From positions 19,462 to 83,461 of the forward strand of contig CAUROF010000002.1 in NCBI GenBank assembly GCA_963526615.1: a DNA stretch of 64,000 nucleotides, written 5' to 3'. Shown piece by piece: positions 10,142 to 19,922 of this stretch (positions within the stretch are counted from its first letter, which is position 1; each line of letters opens with the position of its first letter). A model generated the notes under the pieces. The model was given only the letters and a program-made list of their open reading frames with translations. It did not search any database and was not told the origin of the DNA. The DNA is from an uncultured Fusobacterium sp. (GTDB taxonomy: Bacteria; Fusobacteriota; Fusobacteriia; Fusobacteriales; Fusobacteriaceae). Position numbers and translations under genes: made by a program.

Positions 10142-10627
10142 TTATTTTTCGCTCTCTAATAATTTTAAAACTTTTTCAAGATTATTATTTAATCTATTTT
10201 CTCTTTTTACTAATATTAAAAAATTTTTTAAAGCTTCTTTTAAATTTATACTTATCTTAGGATAACAAAAATTTAAAAATTTATTAGAAATTTCATAATA
10301 AGCTTCTGCTATACTACAAACCATACAGGCTATGGTATCAGTATCTCCACCAGCATAAATAGCTGTTTTTAAAATATCTTCAAAGTTTTCTCCTTCTAAA
10401 AAAGCCTGTATAGCTATTGGAACAGTAACTTGACAAGTTTCATCTTGAATTTTTATAACATCTTTTTCTCCATAAGTGTTTACCAATGCCTGTCCTACTG
10501 CAAGTGACATAATACTATCATCAGTAGTCATATTATAAGGTACAAATAATTCAAAATTTTTATCTTTAACATTATCTATAAATTCATAAGTACTGCCTAT
10601 AATATCTCCAATTATTGCTCCTATCAT
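10142..10627 (-). CDS. ADP-ribosylglycohydrolase-family protein, unusually short (possible internal-deletion remnant)
   Basis: N-terminal MIGAIIGDIIGSTYEF and C-terminal GGDTDTIACMVCSIAEAYY are the two metal-binding signatures of the ARH/DraG family. The ORF is only 161 aa, and family members I know are much longer. Confidence 0.55.
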   Translation of the reverse strand: MIGAIIGDIIGSTYEFIDNVKDKNFELFVPYNMTTDDSIMSLAVGQALVNTYGEKDVIKIQDETCQVTVPIAIQAFLEGENFEDILKTAIYAGGDTDTIACMVCSIAEAYYEISNKFLNFCYPKISINLKEALKNFLILVKRENRLNNNLEKVLKLLESEK

Positions 10628-10726
10628 TTTTTATCCCCATACAAATTAAATATATTCATATATAATATTCTATATTTTAATAAATTTCAATATATAGTAT
10701 AATTAAAATAAATTAAGGTGAAAATA

Positions 10727-11440
10727 ATGAGTTCAAATTTTAAAATAGAGTATATAAATGAAAATGATTATAATAGAATTTTTGTTACATCAGACATTCA
10801 TGGATGTTATAATCTTTTTGAAAAATTATTAAATAAAATAAATTTAAAAAAAGATGATTTATTAATTATTTTAGGTGATAGTTGTGATAGAGGAGAAAAT
10901 TCTATTGAATTGTATTTAAAATATATAGAATTACAAGAACAAGGATATCTAATAAAACATATATGGGGAAATCATGAAGATATGCTCTATGAAAGTGCTT
11001 TCATTTCTTCTTATTACAAGGATTTATGGTATAAAGTAGGAGGAGATGAAACAGTATATAACTATGAACAATATATAAAAAAAATTATCGGAAAGGAGAA
11101 TAAAAATCTTTTAGATATTTCAAATGCTAAATGGCTAAAAAAATTTTTAGAGGCTATGCCTTTTATGATAGTGTCTGATAAAAGCATATTTGTACATGCT
11201 GGTTTTGACTGCTCAAAGTCAGTTGAAGAACAAGAAGTTGACTATCTTCTTTGGAATAGAGATAATTTTTGGGAAAATAATAATACTGGAAAAAATATAT
11301 TTTTTGGACATACTCCTAGTATGTCTGGAAAAATAAGAGAATATCCTAATAATGTTTTTTGTCTTGACACAGGAACTTTCTTTAATTATAAACTTGGAGT
11401 TATGAAAATTAAAACTAAGGAGATATTTTATATAGAATAA
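10727..11440 (+). CDS. Calcineurin-like metallophosphoesterase (lambda/PrpA-type Ser/Thr phosphatase or ApaH-like)
   Basis: SDIHGCYNLF, LGDSCDRGENS and WGNHEDM are PPP-family motifs (DxH, GDxxDRG, GNHE). ATG 10727 sits 6 nt after AAGGTG; the tracked start at 10718 is the GTG inside that RBS. Confidence 0.75.
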   Translation: MSSNFKIEYINENDYNRIFVTSDIHGCYNLFEKLLNKINLKKDDLLIILGDSCDRGENSIELYLKYIELQEQGYLIKHIWGNHEDMLYESAFISSYYKDLWYKVGGDETVYNYEQYIKKIIGKENKNLLDISNAKWLKKFLEAMPFMIVSDKSIFVHAGFDCSKSVEEQEVDYLLWNRDNFWENNNTGKNIFFGHTPSMSGKIREYPNNVFCLDTGTFFNYKLGVMKIKTKEIFYIE

Positions 11441-11447
11441 AAAATAT

Positions 11448-11490
11448 TGGAGTTATTATAAGTTTATTATATAAATTTACAATAACTCCA
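11448..11490. terminator. Bidirectional terminator hairpin between convergent genes
   Basis: TGGAGTTATT / AATAACTCCA 10-bp stem between the stops at 11440 (+) and 11498 (-). Confidence 0.5.
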
Positions 11491-11497
11491 TATTACT

Positions 11498-12232
11498 TTA
11501 TAATTCATTTATAATAGAATTACAGACTTCCTCTATAAAAGAAGTAAAATCATTATAGATAACTGATGGCCCAAAATTTAAGTCATCCTTTAAAAAAGAA
11601 AATGAAAAATTGTTATTATAAAAATATTTTATGTAAGTTTCTCGTGAAATTTTAGGAGGTGGAAGAAAATTATTAATAGTGAAAATTCCTATAAAAGTTT
11701 TATTAGGTATATGAAAACCTTTACTAGCGGAATCATTTGATAACTCTATATATTTATATAACTTATTTTCAGTAATTTTCTCATATTTTTCAATTTCTTT
11801 GTTTTCGTTAAAATATGGAACACACTCTTGAATTAAAAATATTTGGAAATAAGGAATACCATTAGAACGAATATTAGCAGTTTCACCTAGCATATTTTCA
11901 AAGTAATTATTAGAATTTTGACTATAATTAGAAGTAACAAATTTTACTGCTATTCCGGCAATAGGCAGAGAATTTTTATAAATAATTATATCAACTTTTT
12001 TATTGTAGTATCTACCTTCAATTTCCCCTTCTCTTCCCTCTTTATATCCCAAACTTTTTATACTATATTTGGTGTTTTCAACCCCATATTTATTTAACTT
12101 TTTTTCTAGACATTCTGCTATAAAACCGTGAAGAATTTTCAATTTTTCATTACTTTGTGGTCCACATTCTAAATACTTTTCATAACTTTCTTTAATTGTT
12201 AATAGTAAATCTTGATTTAAATCATTATTCAT
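11498..12232 (-). CDS. Putative type II restriction endonuclease (partner of the upstream methyltransferase)
   Basis: 244 aa ORF whose ATG overlaps the methyltransferase stop by 8 nt. A PD-(D/E)XK-like segment is present (KVDIIIYKN...IAGIAVKFV). There is no recognisable metabolic family. The call rests mainly on context. Confidence 0.5.
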   Translation of the reverse strand: MNNDLNQDLLLTIKESYEKYLECGPQSNEKLKILHGFIAECLEKKLNKYGVENTKYSIKSLGYKEGREGEIEGRYYNKKVDIIIYKNSLPIAGIAVKFVTSNYSQNSNNYFENMLGETANIRSNGIPYFQIFLIQECVPYFNENKEIEKYEKITENKLYKYIELSNDSASKGFHIPNKTFIGIFTINNFLPPPKISRETYIKYFYNNNFSFSFLKDDLNFGPSVIYNDFTSFIEEVCNSIINEL

Positions 12233-13649
12233 TTTCTTTTACCCCCTCATAAAATTTATTTAATTTGTAAATTAAGTATTTTTTTACATCTGATGAAGAA
12301 AATGTGTAGTACCCTCCATTTTTATATTTCCCAAGTACAGATACATAATCTAAAAAATCAGAAGACAACAAAAATTTTTCTATTAGCTTTAAATTATCAT
12401 CAAAATTTGTAATAATGTATAATCCACTATAAACACCAATTTTAGAATCAATATAGGCTAATTTCAGTTTATTTGACTCACTAATAAGGTTATTAATAAC
12501 AATTTTCTTTTTAAAAAAATCTCTTATTCCCTGACTTCTTCCAAATTCATACCATTTTGAATTTTTTTCTAAACTTCGATTTTCTAAAAGTTTTTTATTA
12601 TTTTCTAAATATTTTTGCAAATCCTTTTCAAATAAATTGAAATCAACAAGATTAAAAGAACTATCATATGGAAAAATTATCTTTTTTATTTGATTAGTTG
12701 ATGCTTTTATAGCTTTATAAATATATTTTGATTTAAATAAAAAGTCATCTGAAATAAAAATATTGTCTGCAAGAGTGGCAAAACCGTTTTTTACATCTAA
12801 TAGATTTTTTTTAGAAGTTTCTTTATAATTTAATATATTTTTTAAATCTTTTAATGTTTCTTTTTCAGCAAAATAATAACAATCATTTATAAAAATATCA
12901 TCATAATTAAGGATTAATTTTTTTTCATTTTGATATTCATTATATTGAAGAAAGTTATTTTTATTTTTCTTATCTAAAACAGTAATTGTAGTATAAGTAG
13001 TTATATTCTTAAAAGCTTTATAATGCTTTAAATTTAATATTTTTGTTAATAATTTTTTTTCTATAATATAATTCCTAAACTCACTACCTGCCTTACTTGT
13101 AAAAAATGAATTTGGAGTTATGTATACAAGTTTTCCATTTTTAGAAAGCATGTTAATTCCTATCTCAAAAAATGCAATAAATAAATCAGTCATTCCAAAT
13201 TTTGAAAAATTCAATTTTTTTATTGCAATATTATCTTCATTTAAATCGTGAATTCTTATATATGGAGGATTTCCAATAACATAATCCATTTTATTATCAT
13301 ATTTTTTTATCAATAATGAATTTCCTTGGTTAATATCCCATTTTACTTTTTTGGGGGTAAATTTTGAAATAATATTATCAAGATTTTTTTTAGTTTTTTC
13401 TATTTCAATTTTATCAATTTCAATACCATGAATATATTTTTCTAGTTCTAATATTAATTTATCTATGTCTGAGTTTGTAAGTAAAAATTCTTCACAATAC
13501 TTTTCTACTATTTTTATTAAAAAAGCACCATCACCACAAGAATTTTCCATGACATGTTTTTTTAAAATTTTTTTTCCATTATAGTCCACTTCTTTTAAAA
13601 GTAAATTGACTATATTTTCAGGTGTATATACAACCCCATTTTTTTTCAT
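12225..13649 (-). CDS. N6-adenine DNA methyltransferase, gamma class (TaqI/Eco57I-like)
   Basis: GVVYTPENIV, ENSCGDGAFL (SAM motif I) and GNPPYIR (motif IV, NPPY), followed by a long C-terminal target-recognition region. The likely start is Met-25 of the tracked ORF (ATG 13649, AGGAGA upstream). Confidence 0.85.
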   Translation of the reverse strand: MKKNGVVYTPENIVNLLLKEVDYNGKKILKKHVMENSCGDGAFLIKIVEKYCEEFLLTNSDIDKLILELEKYIHGIEIDKIEIEKTKKNLDNIISKFTPKKVKWDINQGNSLLIKKYDNKMDYVIGNPPYIRIHDLNEDNIAIKKLNFSKFGMTDLFIAFFEIGINMLSKNGKLVYITPNSFFTSKAGSEFRNYIIEKKLLTKILNLKHYKAFKNITTYTTITVLDKKNKNNFLQYNEYQNEKKLILNYDDIFINDCYYFAEKETLKDLKNILNYKETSKKNLLDVKNGFATLADNIFISDDFLFKSKYIYKAIKASTNQIKKIIFPYDSSFNLVDFNLFEKDLQKYLENNKKLLENRSLEKNSKWYEFGRSQGIRDFFKKKIVINNLISESNKLKLAYIDSKIGVYSGLYIITNFDDNLKLIEKFLLSSDFLDYVSVLGKYKNGGYYTFSSSDVKKYLIYKLNKFYEGVKENE

Positions 13650-13901
13650 TGGTGTTAATTCTCCTAATATTTTATAAAATATACTTATACTTAATAATAC
13701 CATATATATATTTTTTTTCAAAATTTAGAGAAAATTAATATAATAAAATTAATAAGTTATTTTAAATCATAGTGCAAATTATTTTCACTTCTATAAATAA
13801 AAGATTTTTTGATAAAATTATCAAAATATAATTGACTAAAAAAGTTAAAAGATATATTATAAACAAAATAACAATTTAATTATTGAAGGGGGAAACCTAA
13901 G

Positions 13902-15314
13902 ATGAAAAAGATTTTATTTATTATTCTTTGTCTTTTTTTAATTTCTTGTAGTAATTTATACAAAGCAAATAAGGCCTATGAAAGAGGAGATTATGTTCAA
14001 AATGTAGAATTAACTTTTAAATATTTTGATGAAAAACCAGAAAATTTTAAAAAATTAAAAGAAAAGAAAAAAATTGAAATTAATAATAAGTTTTCAAATA
14101 TTTTTGAATATTATGAAAAATTAAAAAATAGTGAAAAATTAACAGATAGAAATCAAGCTAATGTAGAACTTTTTCAGATATACATTGCTTCTGATAATAG
14201 TGAGTATTCAAGAGAATTTCAAGCACAAAGAGATTTCTTAGCTTCTAATAATATAAAAGATATTTTTAATTTAGCTTTAAAGACTAACAAAGAACTCTTT
14301 TCAGAAAATATAGATATAAGAAAAAATCATGTTTATGCTTTGGAAATTATAGATTATGTGATAAATATGGATAATTCAATTAGTAGAATAGCTGAATTTA
14401 AACCTGATTTAGATAAAAGTAAAATAGAATTATATAGTTCTTTTAAAAAGGAAATTGCAAAACATAGGGCAGATGGTTATATAGAACTAGCAGATGTAGA
14501 TGCAAAACAAGGAAGTAATCAATATCTTAGAAGTGCTCAAAATCTTTATTATAAAGCAAATGAAATATATTCAAGATATCAAAGTAATTATAAGGACTCT
14601 TATTCAAATTATGAAAATGTTAAACATCAAGCTGATTTGAATGATGCTAGGGATAACTATAATAAAGGTATGGAAGAATATAGAAATGCTGGTTCTTCAA
14701 AGGCAAAATATAGGGCTGCAAATTATTATTTTAGAGAAGCTCAAAAATATATTTCAAACTATAAGGATACTAATAAATTATTAAGTGAAACAAAAGAAAA
14801 AGGATATTTTAAATATAATTTAAGTTCAAATAATTCTGAAATATCAAGCAGGATTAATGATGCTATGAGTTCAATAGGTTATTCTGTAAGTAATGGGATA
14901 GAACTTTTTATTGAATATAAAAATGGAGAATACAGTTATAAGACTTTTTCTAATACTAATACAGAACAAATGAGTAAAGAAGTACAAACTGGAACTGACT
15001 CAGCTGGAAAACCTGTAATAAAAGTATTTAATTTTACAAAAACTACTACAACTATTGAGGAAGTAGGAACTATTCACTATTTCTTATCTATGAGAGGAGC
15101 TTATTATAACAATAATATAAATAATGATGTCACTGTGAGAAATACAGTAAAAAATATTAAATATTCAGGAAATGTTCCACCAGATTCTAATTATAGAGAT
15201 TCAGATAATAGAACTTTGGGTTCTAGTGAAATACAAAGAAAAGTAGCAGAAAAATTAAGACAAGAAGTCAATTCTAATATAAATTCTATGGTTAATGATT
15301 TAAAAAGAATTTAA
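13902..15314 (+). CDS. Lipoprotein of unknown function
   Basis: Signal peptide with lipobox MKKILFIILCLFLISC|SN. The N-terminal half is helical and Tyr/Asn-rich; the C-terminal third looks beta-rich. No family recognised. Confidence 0.6.
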   Translation: MKKILFIILCLFLISCSNLYKANKAYERGDYVQNVELTFKYFDEKPENFKKLKEKKKIEINNKFSNIFEYYEKLKNSEKLTDRNQANVELFQIYIASDNSEYSREFQAQRDFLASNNIKDIFNLALKTNKELFSENIDIRKNHVYALEIIDYVINMDNSISRIAEFKPDLDKSKIELYSSFKKEIAKHRADGYIELADVDAKQGSNQYLRSAQNLYYKANEIYSRYQSNYKDSYSNYENVKHQADLNDARDNYNKGMEEYRNAGSSKAKYRAANYYFREAQKYISNYKDTNKLLSETKEKGYFKYNLSSNNSEISSRINDAMSSIGYSVSNGIELFIEYKNGEYSYKTFSNTNTEQMSKEVQTGTDSAGKPVIKVFNFTKTTTTIEEVGTIHYFLSMRGAYYNNNINNDVTVRNTVKNIKYSGNVPPDSNYRDSDNRTLGSSEIQRKVAEKLRQEVNSNINSMVNDLKRI

Positions 15315-15325
15315 AAATTATAATA

Positions 15326-15412
15326 GGGGCTATTACAAATTAACTTATTAAAATATGGGTAACAAACTATTTTTTACTCTATTTATTAGTTTTGTAATAG
15401 CTCCCATTTTTT
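15326..15412. terminator. Long-loop hairpin / terminator candidate between convergent genes
   Basis: GGGGCTATTACAAA ... TTTGTAATAGCTCCC (one mismatch, ~51-nt loop) followed by ATTTTTT. Confidence 0.4.
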
Positions 15413-15416
15413 AATA

Positions 15417-15944
15417 TTAAATAGAATTTAGAAAATTGATATATTGAGGTATACTTTCTTTTATTCTTTCATCAGTGGCTTCAAATTCAGCACTATAAAA
15501 AGCATTAAAACCTTTATAGTTAGCTGAACAATAATTAAATGTTATCTCAAAAGGAAGAAGAATTTCTTTAAGACTATGTTTATATTTTCCAGACTTTGAA
15601 TAATTATTTTCACTTATACCAGCAGTAACAGCTAAACCTATATTTCTATTTTCTAGATTATTTCCATTCTTTCCATAAGCCCATCCATCTGTAAAAACTT
15701 CATCTAACCATTTCTTCATAAGAGGTGGACAATTAAACCAATAAATAGGAAATTGTAATATTAAGCTACTGTGTTCTTCAATCAATTTCTGTTCTTTCTC
15801 TATATCAATTAATTCATTGGGATAAATTTCGTATAGATTATGAATTGTAAATTTATCTGGATATTTTTCAGCTTCTTTTAACCAAGTTCTATTGACTTTT
15901 GAATCTTTTAAATTAGGGTGTACAATTACAATTAATGTTTTCAT
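15417..15944 (-). CDS. Flavodoxin-like-fold NAD(P)H dehydrogenase (quinone) (KefF/YwrO/MdaB-like)
   Basis: MKTLIVIVHPNLKDSKVNR..., FPIYWFNCPPLMKKWLDEVF and AYG are typical of Flavodoxin_2 quinone reductases. The real start is ATG 15944 (GGAGG 7 nt upstream); the tracked 25-aa extension is an artefact. Confidence 0.75.
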   Translation of the reverse strand: MKTLIVIVHPNLKDSKVNRTWLKEAEKYPDKFTIHNLYEIYPNELIDIEKEQKLIEEHSSLILQFPIYWFNCPPLMKKWLDEVFTDGWAYGKNGNNLENRNIGLAVTAGISENNYSKSGKYKHSLKEILLPFEITFNYCSANYKGFNAFYSAEFEATDERIKESIPQYINFLNSI

Positions 15945-15971
15945 AAAAACCTCCAATAATATAAAATTAAC

Positions 15972-16000
15972 TTTAAAAAAATTATATAATATATTATAAT
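15972..16000 (+). promoter_or_regulatory. Candidate sigma-70 promoter of the HxlR gene
   Basis: TTTAAA - 17 nt - TATAAT. Confidence 0.35.
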
Positions 16001-16005
16001 TAAAT

Positions 16006-16034
16006 GTAAGTACGCACATTATGGTTAGATACTA
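16006..16034 (+). promoter_or_regulatory. Conserved box GTAAGTACGCAC-N9-AGATACTA (putative HxlR operator), copy 1
   Basis: The identical 12-mer, spacer length and 8-mer recur at 55156-55184. A relaxed copy (GTAAGTA-N14-AGATA) lies at 49203-49228. Confidence 0.5.
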
Positions 16035-16052
16035 ACTTAAAGGAGAGTGTAA

Positions 16053-16394
16053 ATGGAAAATAAAAGTTGTGTTGAAAAGAATATAAAGCTTGAAGATACA
16101 GGTTTTGGATATACTTTATCATTAATTGGTGGGAAATATAAAATGATTATTATATATAAATTATATGAAAATTCACCTTTTATGAGATACAATGAATTAA
16201 AAAGAAGTATAGGGAATATTTCTTTTAAAACTTTAACAAGTACATTAAAAGAACTTGAAGAAGATGATATTATTATTAGAAAAGAATATCCACAAATTCC
16301 TCCAAGAGTGGAATATAGTTTATCAAAAAAAGGTAAATCTTTAATTCCTATTTTGAATATGATGTGTGATTGGGGAGAGAAAAATAGTATTTAA
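16053..16394 (+). CDS. HxlR/DUF24-family winged-helix transcriptional regulator
   Basis: LKELEEDDIIIRKEYPQIPPRVEYSLSKKGKSL...MCDWG is the classic HxlR signature. It is divergent from a quinone reductase. Confidence 0.85.
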   Translation: MENKSCVEKNIKLEDTGFGYTLSLIGGKYKMIIIYKLYENSPFMRYNELKRSIGNISFKTLTSTLKELEEDDIIIRKEYPQIPPRVEYSLSKKGKSLIPILNMMCDWGEKNSI

Positions 16395-16418
16395 AAAGAT
16401 TGTTTTTTGTGCTATAAT
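16390..16418 (+). promoter_or_regulatory. Candidate promoter of guaB
   Basis: TTTAAA - 17 nt - (TGC)TATAAT with an extended -10. Confidence 0.35.
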
Positions 16419-16458
16419 ATCAAAAATTTATAATTAATTGTTGAAACTATCTATATAA

Positions 16459-17952
<1,494 letters not shown>

Positions 17953-17966
17953 TAGGAGAAAAAATA

Positions 17967-18734
17967 ATGAAAAAATTTACTAAGTTTTTTATTTTAGCAG
18001 GAGTATTATTAAACTTTTCAATAGTAAATGCTGAAATAAGAGAAATTGAATCACTTGACCAAATTTCAAATGAAATAGTAGGAGGAAAAACTGAAAAAAA
18101 AGTAAATAAAGAAACTAAAAAAGAAGTCGTTAAAAATGAAGTTGAAAAAACTTCAAAAACTGATGAAAGCATTGCAGATATTCCAGAAGAAAGTGCAACA
18201 AGAACAGTTGATAAGAATTCAATAGTTGATATCTATGAAAGAAAAATGAAAGATAAGATTGCATATAAAGAAGGTTCTAATACTCCTTTTACTGGTGTAT
18301 TTGGAGTTGTAATTGATGATAAAATTGAATCTTATGAAGAATATAAAAATGGACTTTTAGATGGAGAAACAGCATATTTTGCAAAAGGTAAACAAGTGAA
18401 ATTACTATCTGAAATGTATACCAAAGGAAAATTAAATGGACAACAAAAATCTTATTATGATAATGGTAAATTAAAGTCAATAGTTTATTATTCAAATGAT
18501 AGAATAAATGGTATAGAATCTTATGATAGAAGTGGAAAACTTTTACATAAAAGCATTTTTGAAAATGGTACAGGAGATTGGAAATTCTATTGGAGCAATG
18601 GAAAAGTTTCAGAAGAAGGAAAATACAAAGCTTGGAAAAAAGATGGAGTTTGGAAAAAATATAGAGAAGATGGAAGTTTAGATACAGTAATAAAATATGA
18701 CAATGGTAGACTTCTAAGTGAAAAATGGCAATAA
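17967..18734 (+). CDS. Secreted MORN-repeat-variant protein (YwqK-like repeat family)
   Basis: Signal peptide MKKFTKFFILAGVLLNFSIVNA, then repeated Y..G.L.G motifs (YKNGLLDGETAYF, YTKGKLNGQQKSYYDNGKLKS, NGIESYDRSGKL). Confidence 0.6.
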   Translation: MKKFTKFFILAGVLLNFSIVNAEIREIESLDQISNEIVGGKTEKKVNKETKKEVVKNEVEKTSKTDESIADIPEESATRTVDKNSIVDIYERKMKDKIAYKEGSNTPFTGVFGVVIDDKIESYEEYKNGLLDGETAYFAKGKQVKLLSEMYTKGKLNGQQKSYYDNGKLKSIVYYSNDRINGIESYDRSGKLLHKSIFENGTGDWKFYWSNGKVSEEGKYKAWKKDGVWKKYREDGSLDTVIKYDNGRLLSEKWQ

Positions 18735-18735
18735 G

Positions 18736-19158
18736 ATGTTAATTTCAAGAATAAAACAAGTCTATTTATATATTTTTTCTAATTTTAATGATAGTTGGAA
18801 TGATGAAATTAAAAAAGTATTATCAGAAGAAGAATTTTTAATATTCTCTAAAATGACAAATTATGATAAAGTACATTCATATAAACTCTATCAGAGAGTA
18901 AAATCCAATAAAATTTTATCTTCACAAGATATTTATTTAAAATTGGCACTTTTACATGATAGTGGGAAAGGAAAAGTTGGACTTTTTAGAAGGATAAAAA
19001 AAGTTATAATTGGAGATAAAATTTTAGAGAAACACTCAGAGATAGCTTTTGAAAAATTAAAAAATATTAATTTTGAGTTAGCAGAATTATGTTTACAACA
19101 TCATAATAAAGATGTGGATGAAAAAATGAAAATTTTTCAAGAATTAGATGATAAATAA
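18736..19158 (+). CDS. Small HD-domain-like protein
   Basis: LALLHDSGKG and QHHN resemble HD phosphohydrolase motifs. ATG 18736 lies 1 nt after the upstream stop; the tracked start at 18718 is the alternative. Confidence 0.4.
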   Translation: MLISRIKQVYLYIFSNFNDSWNDEIKKVLSEEEFLIFSKMTNYDKVHSYKLYQRVKSNKILSSQDIYLKLALLHDSGKGKVGLFRRIKKVIIGDKILEKHSEIAFEKLKNINFELAELCLQHHNKDVDEKMKIFQELDDK

Positions 19159-19188
19159 TTATTGAATATTATAATTTTATGATAAAAT

Positions 19189-19216
19189 AAGGAGGAAAGT
19201 TTTTTCTTCCTTTTTT
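19189..19216 (+). terminator. Rho-independent terminator
   Basis: AAGGAGGAA / TTCTTCCTT stem (one G:U pair) plus a T-run. Confidence 0.5.
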
Positions 19217-19244
19217 ATTAAGAATAAAATTAAGAGGTGTTAAT

Positions 19245-19916
19245 ATGACTGAATTTAATTGGGATAATTTTATACAAGAACTTAAAAAATTTCAAAAAGG
19301 AATAGAAAATATTGGTGGTAAATTTTTTGGAAAATATAAAATTGAACCTCCTGCTAAGGAAGAAGAAATTTTAGAAGCTGAAAAAAAGTTAGGTTATAGA
19401 ATACCAGAAGATTTTAGAGATATACTATTAAATTATTCTTCATATTTTGAGTATTTTTGGTCTTATGAAGAAAAAAATAACATAGAATTACCTAGTAACT
19501 TAAAACATATATTTAGTGGAGATTTACATTGGAGGATAAATTTATTGGTAAATTTTGAAGTAAGTAGAAAAGATTGGGTAGAAGGATGTTTTCCTGATTA
19601 TAATGATGAATATGATAGAGTTTGGCATAATAAAATGCCTTTTTATGAAGTAGGAAATGGGGACTATCTTGCTATTGAATTAGAAAAAGAAAACTATGGA
19701 AAAATAGTATATTTAAGTCATGATTGTGGAAAAGGACATGGTTACTATTTAGCAAATAATTTTAAAGAATTATTAAGTAATTGGTCAAAAGTTGGCTGTG
19801 TTGGTGGGGAGGACTGGCAGTGGTTAACATTTTACAGAAGTGGAGTAGGAATAGATCCTAGTTGTGAGAATGCTAAATTATGGGCAGATTTTATTTTTAA
19901 TTATAGAAGAAAGTGA
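19245..19916 (+). CDS. SMI1/KNR4 (SUKH-1) family protein
   Basis: EEEILEAEKKLGYRIPEDFRDILLNYS is the hallmark N-terminal SUKH motif. Confidence 0.65.
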   Translation: MTEFNWDNFIQELKKFQKGIENIGGKFFGKYKIEPPAKEEEILEAEKKLGYRIPEDFRDILLNYSSYFEYFWSYEEKNNIELPSNLKHIFSGDLHWRINLLVNFEVSRKDWVEGCFPDYNDEYDRVWHNKMPFYEVGNGDYLAIELEKENYGKIVYLSHDCGKGHGYYLANNFKELLSNWSKVGCVGGEDWQWLTFYRSGVGIDPSCENAKLWADFIFNYRRK

Positions 19917-19922
19917 GGAAAT

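Noticed and set aside
10044-10265. 73-aa plus-strand ORF downstream of the LPS operon.
   Set aside because: It starts inside the terminator hairpin and overlaps the 3' end of the ARH-like gene on the other strand. It has no RBS and a low-complexity product.
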